Origin: the human T2T-CHM13v2.0 reference genome, Homo sapiens | Strand: one strand, 5' to 3' | Assembly: GCF_009914755.1 (NCBI RefSeq) | Contig: NC_060929.1 | Length of the DNA stretch: 64,000 bases | Shown here: positions 12,321-24,520 of the stretch, piece after piece | Position numbering within the stretch: the stretch's first letter is position 1 | How the letters are laid out: each line of letters opens with the position of its first letter | The notes under the pieces: model-generated | Told to the model about the DNA's origin: nothing | What the model saw: the letters and a program-made list of their open reading frames with translations, nothing else | Database searches by the model: none | Program-made: the position numbers and the translations under genes

Positions 12321-13721
12321 ATATAATGGCCCCTTTCTCTCTCTCTGAGTAATCTGAGGAATTACTTTTTGGATGTACAATTTGGAGTGTTCTTTGGTGC
12401 ATCAACTTAGTAATATAACTATTAACATAGCTTCTCACTTTCATGAAGATTTGAAGGTGTACCAGTCAACTGTACTTTCTCCAGAGAGAGGAACATTCTA
12501 ATGTACTACAGCTGGATAGAAGAAAAAAAACACCTGGATTTTTCTCTAATGAACTACATTAAACTGTTAGGTAACACAAATCAAACCATTTTCTTGATTA
12601 AGTAAGGTAACTAACCAAAATATTTCTTGAAATTTTAAATTATTTTAAACCAAAACAACTGAAAAGCAAACAAAAATTGTAACTGACTACTGCTCAGTTT
12701 TATTCTTGGTGTCATTTTTGTCTTACCAAGTCACTTAGTACATAAGGGTGTAGCCGAGTTGAAGAAGACTGAAACAGGAGGTGTGTTCAGGTCCTGAAAC
12801 CCTTCAGTGTGGGCTTTAGTATCAAGGTTTCAAACACACTGGCTCTGCAGCATAATGCTTTAGGGGCCCCAGGGGGAAAAAATGTATTATAGATCTTAAC
12901 CACTCCATAACCTGCACCATATTTTCTGACCTATAAATAGCTATTTCTTTTTAAGATAACCTTTTCTGCTTATCTAACTCTCTTTTCCAGTGTTACGTAC
13001 CCAAGACCTATTTGCAGGGCAAAGACTCTAATTCTAATTCCAAATATCCTGATTTCCAACACCATCCAGTGCCTAGTGAGAACTTACTATTTGTACTAAT
13101 TATTAAAGTTAGCTATAATAACAAAGGGGAGAAATAATCCTTCACAGCTTTCATTTTTTTCTTATACTTCCTGAATGACAAAGAGAAGTTAGTCTAATGC
13201 ATCTAGAGCAATTAGGGATGAGGAGTCCCTGTTTAGTTCCTCTTGCCACTGTACAAAGATGCTAATTTTTGATATTTCAGAGGCACATTCTCTGCACCGC
13301 CCCTTATTCTTCTGCTTGAAATTTTCTACCGCTCCATTCTAGCAGTCACTTTAAGCCCACTACATTTGACTCCAGTTTCTCTTTTCAAGAGAAATTGTTT
13401 TGGCTCTAGATTTTCGTCCATCCATTTCAAATATGCAGGGTTTTCCTAAAAGACATGATGCTGAAAGATTCCTTTGGTGTTCTTTTTTCACTTTTTCCTT
13501 TTTTGGTCTCTGCAATACTTAGTGTCATTCTTTCAGCATTAATGCTGGGACAGCTCTTCATACAACACCTGCTGAATTCTTCACCTGTGTGCCATAATAC
13601 TTCCCAGAAATCTCGGAATAAGTATCATGGCACAATTTACTTCAAAATTATACCAAAACATGTCACTCGTTGAGGCACCTTCTTCTGAGAAGTGGACCTG
13701 TGGGTTCAGGTGTTCACTTAT

Positions 13722-14460
13722 GTATTCATAGTCATTCATTCAATAAATATTTACTCAGGTCCTACTATTGTGAAAAGCATGTTGTGCTGAGTTCAAGAGT
13801 AAAATGGAGTGCAAGCATGTTTCTTTCCCATGGAGCTTATGTTCCAGCATTTCAGTTGGGTAGATAGACATGAATCAAATAGTTGCAGGATTGAATGAAT
13901 AAGGACATACTTTTGAAGAAAGACAATTTTAGTGAGAGAAACTGGCTTCAACTTGGAATCAGGGAACACTTGACAGAAAAAGAAGAGATACTTCAATGAA
14001 GAGATGAATGATTAGCAGGAGTTAACTAAACAAAGAGTAGGAGGAAAAGTGTTCTAGACAGCGAGAATTGGATACGCAAATTCCACTAGGGAAAACTACC
14101 AGAAGCCCAGAGTGGCTGGAGTGCAAATGTAAGCAGAGGAAGTGTGTGTGATACATAGAGCTGAAGACCAGGGCCAGACCAGGCATAGGGCAGGCAGGAC
14201 TTGTGGGGTTTTTGGCCTTTGTCCCAAGCGCAATAAAAAGTAGTTGAAGTTTTAAAGGGGTGGAGGATGGGGAAATGGAGGGTAGCATGGTCAGATTTGC
14301 ATTCTATAAGCCTATTCTGGCTAACGTAGTAGAGAATAAATTGGCGTGAGAGTGAATGTGTGAAGACTGGTTAAGTAAAACATTGGTAAATTGAACTAAA
14401 GTAGTAGTAGTGGAAACAAACATGCCAAGGAACTGAGAGGTAAAATTAACAAAATTTAGT
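13722..14460 (-). mobile_element. L2 LINE 3' fragment
   Basis: cattcattcaataaatatttactcag (antisense L2 tail) followed by the typical GA-rich L2 body (agcatggtcagatttgcattc). Confidence 0.85.
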
Positions 14461-15349
14461 GTAACTTCCTGAGCTCATATGTGTTCTCATATGTTTTATG
14501 GGTTTCCTTGTATTTCAAAATCAGATAGCCAGGAAACTTGAAAAATTTTCTATTGCCACATAGATCAACAATTATACTATACAAAGTAATCAGAGTCCCC
14601 AAGAATACACAATTATTCCCTAGAGAGAGAGGGAAAGTAATCTCTAACAGTGTCTCTAGGTTAAACCTGTAATTTTCACTATAGAAAAGAACAGCTTCTT
14701 CCTCATATTTAACTCAGTCACAGTTTCATCATCTAACATTGAGCCAAAAACAAAATGTAATTGATTTTTTCTAGTAGAAATATATACCTGAATATACTAC
14801 TACAACGATAGAGATGTAAGTGAAAGCACTTGTAAATCATAAAACTCATTAAATGTTATATACTTCAGCTATTCTGAAAGCATTAAATTTTGTGAAAAAC
14901 ACTCAGGGGTTGTTTGTTAGAAACTAGAGAACTGTGTTTTATTACATGACCCAGGAATAACAGTTTTCATTCTTGTTTGCAATGGAACAGCCCATTCATT
15001 CAAAGGGAACGTGAAAAAGTACAAAATGCCCCTTGCAACATGCAAGTGACTAATATTTTCTCCTCATTCTTTTGTCACAGCAAGAAAACAAGAACAGCTT
15101 CCTTATATCATTCTCAAGTGATTTTAAAAGCTCTTTAAAGTACTCAGCATATTAATGATTTGCTATTTATAAATGACACCCATTGAAAAGCTAAAATGAC
15201 AAATAAATAGAATATTGAAACTTGCCTCTGTCAGAAACTTGCCTCTTCCACATCCAAAAAGAACAAAGGCAAGACACTTTCCCTTTGACATTAGGGTCAT
15301 CAGAAGCTGAGCTACGACACCTCTATGACCCTGAGTGGTGAGCTGGCTG

Positions 15350-15372
15350 TTTTTTTTTTTTTTTTTTTTTTT
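15350..15372. repeat. T23 homopolymer
   Basis: Read directly; no adjacent Alu or L1 body. Confidence 0.95.
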
Positions 15373-17122
15373 AGTAGAAAATCCTCTCTGAGTTCATAAG
15401 CCAAGAAATAACTTAATTAAAGTGTAACTCTTCTAACAGAGAATAAAAACGCAGGGGGTCTGTTATCTAGCTTCTTTCGTGTCCTTTTGCTTTGCTTATT
15501 TTAAATACTGCACATTTTAATTTACTATGACTCGATCCACCTATCAATGCCATAAAACCACATCATCCACCTAAAAAATAAATAAAAAAAATTTAAAAAA
15601 ACTCGGCATGAAAGATTAAGTCTGTTTTGCCAGAAGCTTAGGGAAGCTAAGGAAATAAAGCACTTATTTATAACACATTACTCACCCATATTTATAGATC
15701 TTCACATTAGATGTTAATTCGTATTTCTAAATAGCTTCAGAAAGGATATGAAATAGCTGACAGTTTTTGTTTGGCTGTTATCCCATCAGAAAATAATCAT
15801 TTAAAGAACAGTCCTGCACACTGCTGTCACAGAAATGGCAGCAGAGGAGAACAAGTGGTATTTGCACAAATGAGTACATATATTTATTTTAAAAGGCAGA
15901 ATAAAAGCTCATACTCTGAAGTACTCATTGTTGACTGTTGTTTAAATAATCTGTAAATACAGATTACGACAAGCAGGATAAATTACAAAACTTATTAGAC
16001 TTGAAAAGGTATCATTTACTACTTAAATAATAAATACCAAGGTTGACTGAAAACACTTCTTTTGATAGTTGGAAAACACCAGAGATATGGAATTAGTCAT
16101 TGGTATGCTAAAGAACAGGGGTATCTACCCAGCAGTTCTCAGAGTTGACTGGGATTTATCATGCTGAGGTGTGTATTGGGAAAGAAGATTGTAGGTACAA
16201 GGCGTACCCTCCCCAATTATTCTAGCCTCAATGTAATCTTTCTCCTCTGACATTCTCTCTACAGAAACTATAAACTGTATATTTTCCAAAAGCTAATGAG
16301 ATTACACATTACTCTACCATTGTTCTTCACCCACATTCATAATAAATCACAGGAATTTGTTAATATCTAAGCATCTATGGCTCTTACGTGTTAGGTGGTG
16401 CACAGTGTTGCATGTGACTGGGAGAGAGGCTCTCTTAGGACGTTAGAAATGTGAGAGAGCACTAAAGAAGTATAGACTGACAGACTCCAATGATCCCATA
16501 CACCACTCCCTTGGTGAGTAGGAAGCTATGTAGATTGAAAATGGAAATGGAGGTCAGGTTACATATTGTCCCATAACACAGGCAGGAAATCATAAAACAG
16601 GACGTTATTAATTCCTGGAATGCCAGCTTCCAGTCTTATGCTCCAGATGGATGAAGGACCTCTTGGTGACAGAAACTCCTTTGTATTCCAGTGAGATAAT
16701 GGGAGTTTGAGAAAGAATTTATATGCTTCACGTTGTACCAGACATACTTAAGGACAAGGCTGTTGATGTCATTTCCTTCTTCTGTTAAATGCAGAGAAAA
16801 AACTCAGAAACCTTAAAAGGTTTCAACCTTTTCCTCACCCCCTAAGAGGAAAGCAGTCCAACTCTGATAAGAAAGAACTCTCCAGTGATCATGGAGGTAA
16901 TACAACCACAGGAGAAGAAAGAGGTCCACTGAAGGCCTGCAGTGTGAGTCCAGACAGTAGAAGAGTCTCAGAGACTTTTCAGACTCCAGCTGCTGGCCAA
17001 GAGGTAAACATGGAAAGTTCTGGGAAAATTCTTTATCCTGCTGGTATTTCTGGGACTTTAGGAAAAACTGCAAGAAACTAGATGAGAGAAGACCATCAAA
17101 GTTCTGACTGTCAGCATGTGCC

Positions 17123-17334
17123 ACATAGCAAGACACTGTCTTCTACAAAAACGTTAAAAATTAGGCAGGCATCGTGGTGCATGACTATAAGTCCCAGCCA
17201 CTTGGGAAGCTGAAGCAGGGGGATCACTTGAGCCCAGGAGTTTGAGGCAACAGTGAGTTATGATAATGCCACTTCAATCCAGCCTGGGTGACAGAGCCTG
17301 ACCCTGCCTCTTAAAAACCAAACAAAACAAAAAA
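17123..17334 (+). mobile_element. 5'-truncated AluJ
   Basis: End of left arm, linker, then right arm with ggatcacttgagcccaggagtttgagg (J diagnostics) and an (A/C)-rich tail. Confidence 0.9.
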
Positions 17335-18013
17335 CCTGACCTTAGTTACCAGGGAAAACATGCACTTTTAGAGATTGAAGCCTTGCCTGAGATCACACAC
17401 TCTAGTTTAATTTCTCTGATGCATATGAATGAAAATGACTTTTTGGAAAACACAGACAATAATGGACAGTAAGAATGATTTATATAGGTAAACCTCATTC
17501 TACTTTACCCCACCTTCCCCCTAAAATACACCACACTCACGCATACATACATACCACACACGCATAGACACACACACACACACACACAAATGCTATCTGA
17601 AGAGTTAACACAGGCAGCTACCTTATGTCTACCCTTTTCTCTCTGCAGCTACATAATCCCTAGGTCTTAGTTATTTCTTTATGTCTGTTCCATGATTCTC
17701 ACAGGAGTCTGCTTTTTCCTAATGCTCCCCTATGTCTTCAACTGGTTTACCCTTTGATTTCCATGGTGACAGCTACCAGTCAAAGGCTTCACTGCCTTAC
17801 AAGTTCAGCACTGTTGACCAAGAAAGCAATTAAACAAAGATGAACATACCAATTAGGATATTTTGGCCGATAAAGAGAGAAAAGCCTCCACTGAAGTGAA
17901 AGGAAAAATAATCAGGATCCCCAGTTCAATTAGGAAGAAATGTCCTGTTGCCAATTGTTACATCCAATTTGCTCTCTTCATTGCAAGGCAAAGTTACAAA
18001 TATCAAGAGAGTG

Positions 18014-18972
18014 TTTTTTTTTCAGCTTTACTGAGGTATCATTGACCAATGAAAACTTTATATTCAAAGCAGATAATGTGATGTTTTAATAAATGTATAT
18101 ATGTAAAATGACTATCACAATCAAGCTAATTAACATATCCATCACCTCACATAGTTGCTTTTTTTTCTTGGTGGTTGAGCACACTTAAGTTCTACCCTCT
18201 CAGCAAATTTCAAATATGCAATACAGTATTATTAACTACAGTCACTATGCTGTATATCTCCTGAACTTACTCATCGTATAGCTGAAAGTTTGTTCCCTTT
18301 AATCAGCATCTCATTTCTCCTTCCCCCTACTCCGTTTTACTCTCTCCTTCTGTAAGCTTGACTTTTAGATTCCACATATAAGTCAGATTATACAATAATT
18401 GTCTTTCTGTGATTGGCTTATTTCACCTCACATAATGTCCTCCAGATTCATATACCACATTTTCCTTATCAGCTCATCCACTGACAAATACTTAGGTTGA
18501 TTTCATTTCCCCACCTTGGCTATTGTGAATAACATTGCAATGAACATGGGAGTGCAGACATCTCTTTGGCTTACTGATTTCATTTCCTTTGGATATAAAC
18601 CCAGAGGCTTGACTGTTAGATCCCAGGGTAGCTCTATTTTTAATATTATATTCCACAATAGCTATACCAATTTACATTCCCACCAGCAGTATACACAGGC
18701 TCCCTTTTCTCTACACCCTCACCAATACTTGTAACCTCCCACCTTTTTAATTATGACCATACTAACGTGTGTGAGGTGATATCTCATTGTGGTTTTCATT
18801 TGCATTTCTCTAATAATTAATGATGTTAAGAACCTTCTCATACACCTGTTGGCCATTTTTATTTCTTCTTTGGGAAAATGCTTATTCAGGTCTTTTGCCC
18901 ACTTTTAAATTGAGGTGGTTTTTGTTCATTTTTCTGGAACTAAGTTGTATGAGTTTCTTACATATTTTGGGT
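18014..18972 (-). mobile_element. L1MA (L1MA9/10-like) 3' fragment
   Basis: Antisense tail ttttttttcagctttactgaggtat, then aagctaattaacatatccatcacctcacatagtt...ttggctattgtgaataac...tgtgaggtgatatctcattgtggtttt. Confidence 0.92.
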
Positions 18973-19009
18973 TAAAGACCCCAAATTACATTACAACCTA
19001 ATTTTCAGG

Positions 19010-19190
19010 TGGTATAGTGTGATCGTGGTTAGAATTCAAGCTTTAGAACAATGCTTCAACTGTACAACCTTGTGCAAATTACTTAATTACTCCATAAATG
19101 TCCTCCTTGGTAAAATAAAGATGGCAATAGTACTCATTTACAGAATAGTGTGGGCATTCACTCAGTACATGCCAGCTGTTGTTATGCTAA
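19010..19190 (+). mobile_element. MIR fragment
   Basis: tagtgtgatcgtggttagaa...aaccttgtgcaaattacttaat...gtaaaataaagatggcaatagtac. Confidence 0.65.
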
Positions 19191-19637
19191 CTCCTGCTAT
19201 GCCTTTGACTCAGCATGTGAATTTAAGCTAGTCACTTTAAGGGTTAAGAAGCCTTATTTTAAGTCAATTCAGCTCAGGTTTTTCTCTCTCTTTTCTATAG
19301 ATTTAATAGAAATATTTTCACTTTAAGTATTTTATAGGCTTTTTATCTCCAAATAAATGCAAGCAATTTTATAAGACCTAAAGGAAATTCATTATTACTT
19401 GTTTCACATTAATTCAGACCAATGCTTGTAATAATCAATACTGACAAATAGAGAAAAGAGAATTTGCTTCATTGTTGCTTTCATAACTCTACCCAATAAT
19501 TTGTCTAATCTAAATAATAATTTAAAAATATACTCTTTCACTAAGTTTATTTTCCACTACCAATGTAAACTTTTGAGTTGCATTAATGTTACCTCATAGT
19601 TGAGCTATGTTTTACCACAATCTTATCTATACTTTAA

Positions 19638-19978
19638 ACTTCTGCCGTCCAATACAGTCACAACAATTTCTGTGGCTACTGAATACATGAGCTGTAGCCA
19701 ATCTGAATTGAAGTGTACTATAAATATAGAATACATAGAGTTTTGAGATTTAGTATAAAGCAAAAAATGTAAAAATCTTAATATTTTTATACTGAATGCA
19801 TGTAGAAATAATAATACTTTGGATATAGTGAAAATGTATATATAAACCAAAGGTATTATTAAAATTAATTTTACTTTTTTGTTTCCACTTTTTTAAGAAA
19901 TGTGGCTACATAAAAATTTAAAATGACACCTGTGGCTTGTATTTGTGGTTTGGATTATATTTATATAGAATTGCACTG
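19638..19978. mobile_element. MER33 (hAT-Charlie) DNA transposon
   Basis: gccgtccaatac...gtggctactgaatacatgag...ttgaagtgtactataaatatagaatac...aaatgtggctac...tgcactg. Confidence 0.8.
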
Positions 19979-20679
19979 ATTTAGAATTTCTTTTGGTACT
20001 TGACTAATATACTTGGTATGATTACAAGATAAGCCTAACTCATAACTTGGTAACGAAATTTATAGCAAAAATATTTGTGGTTAATCAATATTTCCTTATT
20101 TCCCATTTGTTGGGTACAGATTCTAAGCAATGCCCTCTCTTAGGTGTAGGAGTAATAAACAAGTGGAGGCTTTGGCCCAGGCTCCTTTTGTAGTTAATCT
20201 CATATCCTAAACATAAGCTCATAGCTCCAAATGTAAATCTCTTTGTGGTCAACTTTCTAACACAAGATACCAGGATAAAATCTATGTATTGAATTAGAGA
20301 AGGACCGCTCAACATAAGAATGGCCACGGGGTGTTAGGAGGAGACTTTCAGCAATGTACCAGCTGCAACATGAAATCAATGAAAGAGTTCTTAGCAGGAA
20401 TGGTCATCCAAAATGCAGCAAAGTCAGGAATAAGTTCATCTGGCATTAATTTTGATTATAAGAAGATATGACTAAATTTTTGAGGGGAAATATTATGTAG
20501 ATTAGTAACAGTATAAACATAATTTCACTAAAGTCTTTTTTTAATTTACTTTGATTTTTTACTTTCTTGTCATTTTCAGGACTTTTTGGAAGACAGAGGT
20601 AAAAAAACCTGTATGTTAAGAAATATATACAAAATACGTACATTATACATGTCTATATAATTATATAATATCTATTTTA

Positions 20680-22770
20680 ACACTCAATTATGCAATCTTC
20701 ACCTCTAACGAAGACAATAATCCCTTAATATCATTTAATTTCTGGTTAATGTTAAAGTTTCCCAACTGTCTCAAAAGCTAGCCTATCCAAATCATAATCC
20801 AAAGAAAACCAACCATTGCATTTGATTCTTATATCCTGCAATCTCCTCTATTTTATCAGTTTCACCTCCTTAAGAAATAATAATAACCACTTTTATATTT
20901 TGGAGAATTAGGTCATTTGTCTTACAGGATTTCCGAACTCTACATTTCACTAATTTCTTCCTCATGAGATTGTTGATACTACTTCTTGATCTCTCTTTTT
21001 TAAATAAACCAGGGACTTAATCAGATTCCATTTTATTGAAAACAGTGATACTTCATGGATGGTACTCTGTACTTTACAATTGGAAGTACATAATGACTTT
21101 TATGTCTTTAAGCTGGATTCAGGTAGTATCAGCCTAATATGATTATTGTTACTAATACTCTTTGTTTCATCAGGGGATGTAAATATTGATTTCCTCATTA
21201 CATTATTTTTTCCTTTATTTACTAGCTATTATTCTACAAAGAAAAACCTTTCTTTCTCAACTATTTGGTTATCCTGAAATGCAACATTACGGGAAGATCA
21301 GATAAATGTTTATTTTTTTCTTTCTCAAATTCTTATAGTAATGAATTGATGCCCTAGCAATCTCCAATGGTGCCAAAAATGAGGTAAACATTTTGTTGCT
21401 TTATTTCCTTTGAGTATCATAATGAACTCATATGAACTTATGGATTTATAATTATAAATAAAAATGTGTGGTTAAATACATTGTAGTCATTATTTTTGAT
21501 GCTCAAACTATTTTATTTTAGGCCACTGAGAAATTCAAGGTGACCCTGTGTCCATTTAACATTAGTCTATTAGTTCTTGTTAGTTTTCTTAATTGGAACA
21601 TTCAACAACATGTTCCAAACTAATTCTGTTCATTGTCTGCCCTAGATTTGGAATCAGTCAACGAGCTTGTTCCTTTGAGTGGGAAATGATATTTTGATAT
21701 CACACTCTGAGTATGAAAAAATGCTCACTGCAACTAAATTTTTGTTACTTTCGTATTTTTTCAGTGGACAGAAATAAGAAATACACATTTTTAAATGGGA
21801 AAAAAATCAAAAGTTGATAATGATAGTCCAAATTCAAATTTAAGATTAAAGTGTTCTAACATTTTGGGATATATACATACACACACATACACTCTCTTAT
21901 TTCTAAGTAAATCCAAGCCATTTTATAAAAATTAAAAGTTTGTATTAGAGTTTAATTTGGACAAAAGCATATAATAATCAATTGTGACAGAGAAAAAGGA
22001 ATAATTGACTACAGTATCTTCTGTATTTTATACTAAAAATAGTGGTTTCTAACTACATTAACGTAATTTATATTGACTTTATCCTACATTTTACCTATGA
22101 CAGTTTTATCAACATATTAATAATAGGTCTGTCTAAATGAAATTTAAGAGGGTTTTTTGGTTCTGTTTGTTCTTATATCTTACCAGGATATTAAGTTAAA
22201 ATACTAAGTATTTAAAATAGCTTAAAATAATTTTTTTACTGTGTGTTTTTGATATTAATTGATATGCAACATTTGTTTAAGTTTATTTTCAGTATTTAAA
22301 TTTTTATTTGATGATTTAACTATATAAAATTATGCAAAACATAAAATATTCCAAAGTAAAAACACACAGCAAGGTGAATACACAAAGGTCTTTATTCTAT
22401 CTCTGTCTCTTTCACCCTGTGTCCCTCACTCTCTCCACTATAGTTAACAATTTATACTACACTTTAGTTTATTCTTTCATTATTTCATTTTGAAAATATA
22501 AGCAAAGCATGTGCATATTAATATTCTTTCTTCACTTAGTCAAATTTTTTAAACTCTGTCTTCACTTTTATTTTCATCTAAAGCACATCTTTGAGATCAT
22601 TCAAGATCATTTCCTAACAGAATACAGAACTATCCCTAGGTCATTTTGCAGTTACATATGCTTCATGTTGTGAATTTACCTTAGTATAGTCACCAGTGCT
22701 CTCTTTATGGACACTTAGTTATTTTCAGGCTTTTGCTGTAAGATCACAGTGCATAGACTTATGCATATTA
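20680..22770 (-). mobile_element. Old L1MC/L1ME (L1MC4-like) fragments
   Basis: ttggttatcctgaaat..., tgatgccctagcaatctccaatggtg, tttgagtatcataatgaactcat, atttttgatgctcaaa, ttggaatcagtc are L1MC4-type antisense 3' motifs; boundaries approximate. Confidence 0.7.
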
Positions 22771-23330
22771 TTTTGAACACATACACAACCACACATGGTA
22801 TAATTTCACATAGCACATCTTCAATTTCAAATATTTATTCAACTAGTTTAATAAAGTACTATTTTTTCTTACCCATAGCTTATATTTGGAAAGAAAACTA
22901 CCTGGGAAAATACTTTCTACCCTGCCATAAACCCTGGACACTTAGGAGAAAGATGGAAGACACTGGGATCAAAGCAAATCGAGGAAAAAATTCAAGTGAA
23001 GAGACTGGAAATTAAGAGAGTCCATACTGGATGATTTTTCAGTAAAGAATTGCGCAATACAAAGGGTGAGGTGAGTTAATTTGTTTATTTTATTTGAAAA
23101 AAGAAGAAAAGAATTTGAGGCAGTTTATTTCATTAATTGATTGGGAGGCAATTTTAGGTAAATTTAATATCTAGCAAAATAGAATAGATGTAGTTGAAAT
23201 CAAAACTACATTTTTATGCTTCAGTGAGTCATGCTAAATGCCATATAAAACACTATTCAGTGGATGGCGTGGCATGTCTCTGACTGTGTGGGGAACAAGG
23301 CAATTATGCTTATTGATCAAAATAAAAAAC

Positions 23331-24520
23331 AGGATCTTAAGAGAACATTTATTTCAGAAGTATTTACTACTATTACCAGTAAAGAAAACAAATGTAGGTA
23401 AAGACTTAACATTTTGTCCTATATACATGTTAATCATCCTAACGGTAAAAACTCACATGAAACTTTAAGATACAAGATGATATGAGATTCTCAACATGGA
23501 AAGCTGTCACTATAACTACAAGCCTCTTGGAAATTATTAAAATATTGGCAAGAAAAGAAGAATAGTTGTTTAAATATTTTTTAAAAACATTTGAATAAGA
23601 ATCAGTAGGGTATAAACTAGAAGTTTAAAAATGCTTCATAGAACATCCAGGTTTTACATTACAAGATTCTCACAACAAACCTATTATATAGGTGAGTAAG
23701 TCACGTTACTACAGAGAAAAGTTTGGGAGTAAAAGTGTAAAAAATTATATTTTTGTTGCACCTTCTAAGAGAAAGAATATTGTTATGTTCTCCTAACTTC
23801 TGTTGATTGCTACTTTAAGTGATATTCATGATATTCATTTAAAACATTGAAAATTTGTTTTATTTACTTATTTTTCTTTTTGAGATGGAGTCTTGCTCTA
23901 TTGCCCAGGCTGAAGTGCAGTGGCATGATCTCGGCTCACGGCAACCTCCACCTCCTGGGTTCAAGTGATTCTCCTGCCTCAGGTTCCTGAGTATCTGGGA
24001 TTACAGGAGAGTACCACCAAACCCGGCTAATTTTTGTATTTTTAGTAGAGACAGGGTTTCGCCATGTTGGCCAGGCTGGTCTCAAACTCCTGACCTCAAA
24101 AGATGGGCTTGCCTCGGCTTTCTAAAGTGCTGGGATTACAGGCTTGATCCACTGTGCCCGGCCAAAACATTGCAAATTTAAATGAGAATTTAAAAAATTA
24201 AATAATGACTGTCCTGTTTCTGTTTTAGTATGTAAATCCTCAGTTCTTCACCTTTGCACTGTCTGCCACAGTTTGGTCATACAGTCATGAATTTGATCTG
24301 TATAGTCAAGACTTGTTTAAATTTAAAGTGTTCTACAAGGGGAGAAAAGTGTTAAAATTTTTAAAATATGTCTTCCAGGACACTTAAGCTCCAAGTCAGG
24401 TAGGTAGTTCAATCTGTTGTTAGCCAAGGACTCAAGGACTGAATTGTTTTAACATAAGGCTTTTCCAGTTCTGGGAACTGCACTTCATTAAAATTCTTCT
24501 TCTAAAACTTGAAAAAAAAA
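23331..24520 (+). pseudogene. Processed retrocopy fragment of the XIAP (BIRC4) 3'UTR with a twin-priming 5' inversion
   Basis: 23524-24511 matches my recollection of the XIAP 3'UTR in sense orientation (ctcttggaaattat...aatattggcaagaaaagaagaatagttg...aagtcaggtaggtagttcaatc); 23331-23523 is the reverse complement of the adjacent upstream UTR segment. ATTAAA at 24487-24492, poly(A) at 24512-24520, TSD aaaataaaa(aa)cagga at 23319-23334 / 24517-24530. No CDS. Parent identity is from memory and needs BLAT. Confidence 0.8.
23857..24163 (-). mobile_element. AluS inside the retrocopy (apparently inherited from the parental UTR)
   Basis: Antisense Alu flanked by TSD aaaacattg(a/c)aaattt at 23841-23856 and 24164-24179. 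Confidence 0.96.

Noticed and set aside
15343-15378. ctggctg(T)23agtaga resembling an antisense Alu linker
   Set aside because: No Alu arms on either side.
16813-17136. 107-aa minus-strand ORF, considered as possible XIAP coding remnant
   Set aside because: No BIR or RING motif and no resemblance to XIAP; the retrocopy contains UTR only.
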